Assembly: GCA_951406725.2 (NCBI GenBank)
Contig: OX597817.1
Span: 44,950,001 to 45,014,000 of the forward strand
Source of the DNA: Octopus vulgaris
Lineage: Eukaryota
DNA: 64,000 bases
Reading direction: 5' to 3'
The position numbers and the translations under genes were made by a program. Position 1 is the stretch's first letter. Every line of letters begins with the position of its first letter. Positions 55,020 to 64,000 of the stretch are shown here, piece by piece. The notes beneath the pieces were generated by a model that did not search any database, was not told the DNA's origin, and saw nothing but the letters and a program-made list of their open reading frames with translations.

Positions 55020-55310
55020 CCCATATAGTGGCATGTCTAGACATGCTCATATATATATTTAAATGATAAATTTCTAGAAAGTTTTACAAACTGTTACAGC
55101 TTCAGTGATGGATTAGATCAGTAGTCTTCGAATTAGCTTTCTCCTTTCGGGTTGTCAGAGACCTAATTTCTCAAGATTGTTATTTAAGCTCTTTGTTACA
55201 TATCCCAGTGCCCCAATGTTTACAGGTATAAACCTGGACTTTTAATCTGCATAAAGCAACTGCAAATTTCTCAGCAGTTCAGCGTGGGTATTTTCTTTTT
55301 CGCTGAATGT
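55020..55310 (-). mobile_element. REL-type LINE 3' end
   Basis: Minus frame FIPVNIGALGYVTKSLNNNLEKLG, then a short UTR. Confidence 0.65.
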
Positions 55311-55395
55311 TAGCTTTATGTTACGTATGTATGTATGGATGTGCGTACGTATCTATATGTATGTATGCACGTGTGTACGTATGTACGCAAGCATG

Positions 55396-55429
<34 letters not shown>

Positions 55430-55471
55430 TGTATGTATGTATGTATGTATGTATGTACGTACGTATGTATG

Positions 55472-55711
<240 letters not shown>

Positions 55712-55715
55712 TGTG

Positions 55716-56040
55716 AGGGCGCGTGGCTTAGTGGTTAGGGCATTCGGCTCATGATCGTAAGGTTGTGAGTTAGATTCCCGGCGACGCGTTGTGTCCTTGA
55801 GCAAGACACTTTATTTTCACGTTGCTCCAGTCCACTCAGCTGGCAAAAATGAGTTGTACTTGTATTTCAAAGGGTCACCCTTGTCACTCTCTGTGTCATG
55901 CTGATTATCCCCGAGAACTACGTTAAGGGTACACGTGTCTGTGGAATGCTCAGCCATTTGCACGTTAATTTCACGAGCAAGCTGTTCCGTCGATCGTATC
56001 AGCTGGGACCCTCGTCGTCGTAACCGGCGGAGTCTTGTTG
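55716..56040 (+). mobile_element. SINE (tRNA head, core TGTGTCCTTGAGCAAGACACTTT, tail type 1)
   Basis: A box TGGCTTAGTGG and B-box-like GAGTTAGATTCCC. The core is shared with 60665-61003. Confidence 0.85.
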
Positions 56041-56087
56041 TTTTATATAAAAATACATGTATGTATGTATGCATGTATGTATATATG

Positions 56088-57060
56088 GTTAATAAACAAG
56101 AACACGAGAAGGAAATGTTTCCAGCAAGGTGTGTTTGATTTCACGCTTGAAGACATGAAAGAAAAAGGAAACGGTCTTTGACGCTTCGGCCGCGAAATCT
56201 TCATCAGAAAAAGAAAACAGAAAATAGGTTTGAGGAAAGAGGAAAGAAAAGATTTAGAGGCCTGGTGGGGATGCAGTTCAATGGAAAGTAGTGATGATGA
56301 GTGGGAAATGTGAGGAGATGTTTTTATACAAGGGAGTATATGTTTATACAGAAACTGGCGGTGTGTGACGAGTGGAGTAAGTGCAGTTTGGGGGTTGAGA
56401 GTGTGTACACTCGAGTGGGCTGTAAATGTAGTAAATCTGAGGGTCAGGCGCAGAAACAGAGAAATGGGGGAAGCAACGGAGAAAATTGTGTAGTAGGTGA
56501 ATCAAAACAATTAGATCGGATTCAAGAAAAGAAAATGTTACAAGATATATGAAGATAGAAAATAATGATAAAGTAAAAAATAGACACACGAACAAAGGAC
56601 AACGTTGTGAAGTCAATAAAATGGAATTGAGTAGATTAAGCTGAAAGGCGAAGAGAGTAGCTAAGATGTAATTATATGTACAACACTTAGAAATTATTGC
56701 AGGGAACCTGGTATTGGAAAAGAGATAAGTTGTAAACGGAAGATTGTAAAGACGATGTAAAAAGAAATGTTATTAGAAAAATATGTGAATAATGAACACT
56801 GGCACGTGAATATAATTTACAAAAGCTGAGAGAAAAGGAACAGTGGTGTTAATAGTGTTAACAGAGGGTATAAAGTAGTAGAGACATTACTGGAAATAAG
56901 AGTCAAAACGACAGTTTAGCCATAAGAGCAGTTGAAGAGAGAGACATACCACGAGAATCTTTATGTAGATCATCTTAATTTACATCTGTGGCTCTTACTG
57001 CGCCAAGGGTTAAGCTGAACTCACCTCCTCAGCTTATAAGAAAACTGTTGAAAGCATGTG
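56088..57060 (-). mobile_element. Probable Penelope-like element remnant with a decayed hammerhead
   Basis: Minus strand 56175-56213 reads TTT-CTGATGA-AGATTTCGCGGCC-GAAGC-GTC-AAAG. The adjacent body has a strong purine skew; no protein motif recognised. Confidence 0.4.
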
Positions 57061-57173
57061 ATGATTATCACTAATGAGTCGTTTTGACCTCTTATTTCTA
57101 GCAATGCCGATACCACTCTGTTCCCTCTCTCACTTTAGTGGCGTCCATACTTGTGTATGTGTATATATATATA

Positions 57174-57214
<41 letters not shown>

Positions 57215-57242
57215 ATGTTCGTGTGCGTGTACATATACATGC

Positions 57243-57308
<66 letters not shown>

Positions 57309-57449
57309 TTGTTTTATCTGTGTCCCTTTCAGTAGAAAAGCGTAGGCTAGAAACGTAAAAGACTTTTTCTATTCCTGAGCGTTATACTAATACATCTGTT
57401 TGTTTTGTACACCACCTGTCTTCGTCTTTTGCTTTTTTCGTAAACTCTT

Positions 57450-57452
<3 letters not shown>
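57309..57452 (+). mobile_element. Short insert in (TA)n with variant hammerhead motif
   Basis: CTTT-CAGTAGA-AAAGC-GTAG-GCTA-GAAAC-GTA-AAAG (57326-57361). TA tracts on both sides; homologous to 29801-29920. Confidence 0.6.
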
Positions 57453-57506
<54 letters not shown>

Positions 57507-57673
57507 CGCAGGGGTGGTTCTGTGGTAAGCAGCTTACTTTTCGAACCACATGGTTCCAGTTTCAGTCACACTGTGTGACACCATGAGTAAGTGTCTTTTA
57601 CTATCACTCAAGCCGACAAAAGACTTGTGAATGGTGTTGTTAAACGTAAACTGAAAGAAAGCCGTCGTATATA

Positions 57674-59099
57674 CAGTTGCGATCAAAATGATCAGAACGG
57701 TTGAAAAGATAACAAAATAATAAAAAATGACAGAGAATACTGGAATTATTTAATATTTAGTGTGAAGCCCTTTAGCTTCAATCACACTCTGACATCTTCG
57801 ACTGCATGAGGAAATTAAATTCTCAATTTCTTGCTGGGCGATCTTATTCCATTCTTCCTGAAGGGCATTCCATAATTGCTCAGTTGTTTTAGGATATCTG
57901 GCTTTCTCCTAGAATATTCCACACATTTTTAATACGATTGAGATATGGGCTTTGAGCTGGCCAATCCATAACAATAACCTTTTCAGCCTTGAGGAAGTTC
58001 ATGACCACCTTAGCCTTGTGACATGGGGCATTGTCCTGCATGAATATGGGCGGTCGCTTAGTTGAATTTCTCAGCACAGGCAAGACATGATCTTTTACAA
58101 GTTGCTTATAAACTCCTGCATTTAACTTTCCATGTAATCGCACCAAAGGGCTCACACTATCTCCAGATATCATTCCCCAAATCATGACATTTCCTCCACC
58201 GAATTTAACACTAGTCTTAAGGCATTTAGGCAACAATTTTTCACCTACTTTTCTACGAACGTACCTTTTCCCATCTGAGCCAAATAGCATAAACTTAGAT
58301 TCATCACTGAAATGCACCGTTTGCCATTTTTCTTGAGACCACAACACATGTTCGGTTGCAAAGGTAAGATTACACTTTTATTCTTGGAGCTGATCAGTGG
58401 CTTCACTGTAGGTGCTCTTGCTTGTAGGTCATGTTCAACTAAACGACAAGACACAGTTTTTCGAGATAAAGTTTTCTTCAATACAATGCTCATTTTCTGA
58501 GAAACAGCAGCAGCAGTTTTAAATCTGTCCTTTTTAACCAACTTTACCACAGTACGATCTTCTCTCTTGGTCGTTTTTCTTGGCCTACCTGTAAACTTTC
58601 TTGCTTCACACGAACCACAATCATCGTAGACCTTAAGAATACCGTGTGCAACACTTTTTGACTTGTTAACAATCTTTGCAATAGATCCAATACTTAAATT
58701 ATCCTTCCTTCGAAGCTTAATAATCTGCTGACGAATTGGTAACGGAGTAAGTGGCATTATATTAACAAAGTACACTGCAAATATTCTTACTAATGTTTAG
58801 TAAACGAACCGTCACGTAAACAAATTCGAAACATTAGAGTTCGCTGGTTAAATATACTAAAACACGGAGTAAAAGCAACCGTTCTGATCATTTTGGGCGC
58901 CATGGGTTTTGCAGTAAATCACTAAATCATCCATAACTTTTGTATTATCCTCTCAAATTACACCAAAATCTTAGGCAATAACAAATCATATCGTATTTAT
59001 TGTCTGTGAAAATTATAGAATATAAAACCACTTTGATAAAAAATTATATCTACTTTTCTGACGAAAACAATGCCGTTCTGAACATTTTGGCCGCAACTG
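57674..59099 (-). mobile_element. Full-length Tc1-like DNA transposon (1426 bp), TA TSD
   Basis: 27-bp TIRs CAGTTGCG(AT/GC)CAAAATG(A/T)TCAGAACGG (24/27 match). TA at 57672-73 and 59100-01. Confidence 0.95.
57750..58757 (-). pseudogene. Tc1 (DD34E) transposase, frameshifted
   Basis: HTH region with GRPRKTT, FSDESKF, FGGGNVMIWG, FMQDNAPCH and WPAQSPYLNRIKNVW (catalytic E mutated to K at D+35), ending AKGLHTKY*. Frameshifts near 58370 and 57900. Confidence 0.93.
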
Positions 59100-59327
59100 T
59101 ACATATATATATGTATGATTGTGTGTGTTTGTGTATCTGCGTTTGTCCTCCCTTGACAACCGATGCTGGCGTCTTTACGCCCCCGTAACTTAGCGTTTCG
59201 GCAAAATACACTAACAGACAAGTACTAGGCTTACAAAATAATAGGTCCTGGGGTCGATTTGCTCGGCTAAATGCGGACTCCAGCATGGCTGCAGTCAAAC
59301 GACTGAAACAAATAAAAGAATAAAAGA

Positions 59328-59391
<64 letters not shown>

Positions 59392-60229
59392 TTATATATA
59401 TTTATATATATACGCACACACACACATAGAATACACTCTGTCATATGCATTTATAGATGTACTTATGGTTGTACTTCTATGTATATACCTATATATATAT
59501 ATGCATATATATACATTTATACATACATCTCACTTTCTCCCCCTTCTCTCTCTCTAAGTCACATGTATACCTATATACACATATATAGATTTTGTGTATG
59601 CACATGTGTAAACCTGAGCTTGATAATACATAAATAAATGACAAAGCAGAAAGACACTTGAAGCTAAAGGTAAACAGAGCATAACAGAAAGGAAATGAAG
59701 AGTCTAATTCATGAGAATCTCACGTGGAAAATGAGAATATGTGATCGATGATAAAAGAAAATAGAAATGTTTGACGATACAGGCATTTATATATATTTAT
59801 TTCAAAATATCAATGAGTGATATGTCACTTTAGAAACCATTAAAGATATTATTTTTTGTGTACCAGGCTTGCTTTCTCTGGCAAAGTGACATTCTCTGAA
59901 AAATTAGAACTTCTGGGCAAACATGACGGAGAGAAAGGAAGCTGTGCAGTGAATATGTAAGTCAACAGAAGAGTTGTTATGCGATTCCAAAGGTTTCATT
60001 GTTAATTGGATCAATATTGAAATGGATTAAAATAAAAGAAAAGACAGGCCATTCTGAGAGTTTGGAAGAACCGAAGGTGCGCCAATGATATAGGTTGTGT
60101 CCTGTTTATAAATTTTGGAATGTTTGGTCGTTCAAATTCTAGCTGATTATCCTTTGAAATTTGGGGAGTTTGGACGAATCTGCAGTCCACCAAACATAAT
60201 GCATTGTGCGATATATTTAAATCAATATA

Positions 60230-60565
60230 TAAAAATTAGGAAAAAAACACCTTTCATCAATTCAAAATGAACAATTAAATTACACCATCTAGAAAATTAC
60301 ATATAATAGAAATATTAAAATTAAAATAACAATAATATACTGATGATTAATTAAATTGCAAAATAATAATAATAATAATAATAAAATATTTCTATTATAT
60401 GTAATTTTCTAGATGGTGTAATTTAATTGTTCATTTTGAATTGATAAAAGGTGTTTTTTTCTAATATATATATATATATATATTATATTTTGTGAAATTT
60501 GATTTAGTATTTCTAAATTGAATTTTTCCCTGTAAGTTAGGAATAATATTCCCTCAAATAATTAT
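60230..60565. mobile_element. AT-rich fold-back insertion with 16-bp TSD
   Basis: Inverted arms of about 80 bp (60235-60315 and 60385-60465). TATTTAAATCAATATA at 60214-60229 and 60566-60581. Confidence 0.8.
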
Positions 60566-60664
60566 TATTTAAATCAATATACATATATACTCAGATTTCC
60601 AATTACATTAAAACGGATTTTGAATTTCATCTGTATCAAGTTACACATATATCAGTGAATAAAT

Positions 60665-61003
60665 TGAGACCCCCTTCGGTCATGGCTGACCGTGGGGTTG
60701 CACATAGAAAGTTACCCTCCCAGGCAGAAGTCCGGGCAAGATTGTTTATGGAAGACAAGCAGTCGCCCATGAACACCTGCCTCTCCTCTCCACACCACCA
60801 GTTTTATCCAAAGGAAAGGCAAAGGGGCCAATATAGCTTGGCACCTGTGACGTCACAACTCATTTCTACAGCTGAGTGAACTGGAGCATCGCGAAATAAA
60901 GTGTCTTGCTCAAGAACACAACACACAGCTCGGTCCGGGATTCGAACTCACAACCACACGATTGTAAGCTCGACGCTCTAACCACTGAGCCATGCGCCTT
61001 CAG
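60665..61003 (-). mobile_element. SINE (tRNA head, shared core, tail type 2) with 14-bp TSD
   Basis: Head GAAGGCGCATGGCTCAGTGGTTAGAGC..GAGTTCGAATCCC. TSD ATCAGTGAATAAAT at 60651-60664 and 61004-61017. Confidence 0.9.
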
Positions 61004-61399
61004 ATCAGTGAATAAATATAAGTACGTGAACCAAAGCATTTAATTGCAAATACACTTTGGGACCAATGCCTAACACGAGCACTGTCCAGTTTACTTGGAT
61101 TACTTATCTGCTTTCTTTTCAAACAGGAGCAGACGGAATTACTTCATGTTGCACCTCATATATGAAAGGAGAATTAAAATGAAATATTCAATAATGTACG
61201 AATATAGAGGGTTTCTTTTATCAGGTGGCGCGCTTTGATATGCATATACATTCAAAGAATTTGATCTGAGATCGTGGGTTGAAACTGAAGTGTGGAAAAC
61301 CCACTTTAGTTATTCAAATCAAGATTAAATTCTTGAGAGTCGTGCATAGATTACGCGGTACAAAAGTTGGTCAATATAATCAGGTATTTCTTCATATTC

Positions 61400-63600
61400 T
61401 TTAGTTCACCAGGCTGAATCTTTCAAGAAATATAGATATGTTTCTTCAACCAGAGAACACATCCATGCTTCTGCAGTTTGATTTTATCTAAGATCAATCA
61501 ACATTCCTCGCGCTATGGAATACGCGTACTGCCCACCAATTAGTTTGAATTTTCTTCGGCTTGCAGCGAAAGGGTAGATATACACTCGAATGTTGAAGAA
61601 TATCATCGTGTCATATACGCAACCCCAACATCGGGTCGTTATGACTTTTTGTCGTTATATAACTTGCTTTATGTTGACACATCTATGGTCTCCTCATCTT
61701 TTAATTGTTCGCTGGTAAAATAAAAACAATTGTTTTCAATGTTAAGCATAAAGCCAAAATTATATTGAAATTCTTACTTAGAAAACAGGTGTCTATCTGG
61801 ATGAAAGTTTAAAATCTCCCCTGTTTAAAATTTTACGTGAAGCTGGATTCTATATTATGATGTAATTATTTACGACTATATAAAATAAAAATCTACCGAA
61901 ACAGCTGTAGGAAATTTTAAACGCCATTGGGTTTACTGTTCTATTCCTACGCCACTCCAGGTATCCACTGGTGAGTGGGATTTAAGGTTTTAAATAGGAT
62001 TTGATACTTGTATATCTACGGTATTCTGCCAGACCTTCAAGTCTACAATGTGCTTTAATGTCCCTCTGATGTCTACTTGACCGTATCTATCTGTTGATGT
62101 GCCTTGATACTTAAGAATCATAATATCTAAATTGTATATCATTGTTTCAAAGTGTTGTCTATAGATAAGTGAAATGATACGAACCCATTTGAGTGAAGTT
62201 TTCGTATTGTATGTAAAAGCCTTCATTGTTAAATTTTCCAAAGACACAAGGGGTATTACCTACAGTTAGAAATCCAGAGAATCTGCCTCTCATGATATGA
62301 TTGCCATTACTGGCATTTCCCCTGTTATTGTGTGGCCTTCTAAAAACGTTTTGGATATTTCCGGGTCTGGGGTGTTCGTAATGGATGTACTTTTGGTTCC
62401 TTAATGTGGGTTGAAATCTACGGTCGTGGTTTTGAATCGAATTCCTATGTGTTGGGTTGGAGCTACGATTTTGGAATGACTCCTGTGTGGGCTGGGAACT
62501 ACGGTGTCAGGTTGTCTTGTGTTGGAGGGTGCCTGGATTCTTTTGGTAAAGATATGTGTTGTCTGTAAGTTCTGTTATTATTGTCAAAGTTTGGTGTGGT
62601 GTGTGCTTGAAGTTTTGCGATTTGTTTTGTTTGTTGTAGGTGGGGTGTGTGAGTTTTAATTTTTTTTTCAAATATGGGTTACTTGCATGATGTTCGCTTT
62701 TGACAAAGCTATACACGCTTACTCCTATCAAATACAGTATACAAATTCTTTCTGTATAAATAATTATAGAAAATTATGATTTCTGATGAACTTATATTAC
62801 AGCCTATTTTGAAAACGTTTATGTAAACTGTTTAAAATCAAAGACTCCTTATCATTTTCTTATCATTGTCAGTGACTCTTTATGATTGTATGTTCATTGG
62901 TCTCTGGCAGCTACAAAGCTAGTTCTTTCAGTGCGGATGTTGAGAAAAATTAGGTCATCTACGTGGAGGCAGCATATATTCGATAATTGATCTCTGATAT
63001 GAGAATCAAAGTAAAGGATATTAAAACAAAAATCTCAGCTTATATCGGAATTCCCGTCTGATAAACCTACTTAAAGCTATAACTGAATCCAACCACAGTT
63101 AGAAATCCAGTGAATCTGCTTCTTGTGATATGATTGCCATTGGTGTATCCGAGAAAATCATTGATCTGCGGGCGTTTGCAGACTACTCATCCAATGGCTG
63201 GATTCTTGCATAAAATGTCATTGCCTCAGTCTACAGGGATCCCAAATGAATCTAATGAGATAGTCAATCTCAGTTTCTAACTAGTTACGCCAGGAACCAT
63301 TAAGCATATAAGATCAGGCACGATAATCGAATTACCGAATTTGCCCTGGTTTACCACCTGACATGCACTCGAAGTAGCTTCCTCAAACCACGACATGATG
63401 AGGAAATTTACCGAATCTGGTGACACGTGAAAGAGGAACATGAAGCAATCAAACCAAAAGTTGGCCGGATGTAGACACGTTTGGAATATAAACAAGAATG
63501 CGGAACACCTTGTAGATCATCATCAGTCTAAATTGGTTATAAATTCTTGCGGTTCAAGTTTATGAAACTAGAGTCACTTTTCTGACTGCTACGTTAAAAC
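61400..63600 (-). mobile_element. Possible very old LINE remnant (L1/Tx1-like?) with an internal 47-bp duplication
   Basis: T/G-skewed + strand. ACAGTTAGAAATCCAG.GAATCTGC.TCT..TGATATGATTGCCATT at about 62262 and 63095. Only faint motif resemblance. Confidence 0.25.
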
Positions 63601-63933
63601 TATTTATTTTGCTTTCATTGCTAAGTCAAACGTATTTAATTTCACTCTACAATTTTGTTCTTAGCATGTCTCGAAGAAGAGTTTTCGCAAACCCATCGCA
63701 AACAGAGTGAATACTCTGATGGTCTATTCTCTCTTAAGAAATTACTTGCAATGATTTGAGGCGGTCGCATCAGGTGGTATTTTTTTGAACATGCGTTTAA
63801 ACATATTTAAGGTTTTGCTGGGAGTTATTTATCATCAGCAAACGTCTAGGAAGACACATAGCTCTTCAGTACAAATATGTATATACGTACGTATATACAT
63901 ATATATGTATGTATATATATATACGTACGGACG

Positions 63934-64000
<67 letters not shown>

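Larger units (their letters stand above)
57505..59330 (+). mobile_element. SINE family A interrupted by Tc1 (halves 57505-57673 and 59100-59330)
   Basis: The 5' half ends GCCGTCGTATATA and the 3' half resumes TACATATATATATGTATG..CTTGACAACCGATGCTGG. Confidence 0.88.

Noticed and set aside
60930-61003. tRNA gene (likewise at 33192, 42908 and 55716)
   Set aside because: These are tRNA-like SINE heads that continue into SINE bodies, two of them within TSD pairs.

Overview
AT-rich, repeat-saturated eukaryotic intergenic or intronic DNA. The SINE families and the (TA)n/(CA)n/(TATG)n load resemble coleoid cephalopod (Octopus-like) genomes; that assignment is from recollection, not a search. I found no intact host protein-coding gene, and nearly all listed ORFs are microsatellite or SINE read-through. 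Contents: (i) at least three tRNA-derived SINE groups in about 30 copies, several with clear TSDs; (ii) many fragments of R4/Dong-like (REL-endonuclease) non-LTR retrotransposons beside (TAA)n tracts, plus CR1-, RTE- and possibly L1/Tx1- and Penelope-like remnants; (iii) a full-length but inactivated Tc1 (DD34E) element nested in a SINE, a mariner (DD34D) remnant, a mariner-type MITE and a hAT MITE. The most interesting unexplained signal is a set of short inserts at (TA)n tracts. Some carry minimal type-I hammerhead-ribozyme motifs (best at 4811-4859, with a long-helix-II variant at 16025-16139). Others form fold-back palindromes, one flanked by a 16-bp TSD. Together these suggest a TA-targeting Penelope-like/retrozyme system. 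There is a 100-N assembly gap at 54902-55001. Boundaries of degraded elements are approximate.
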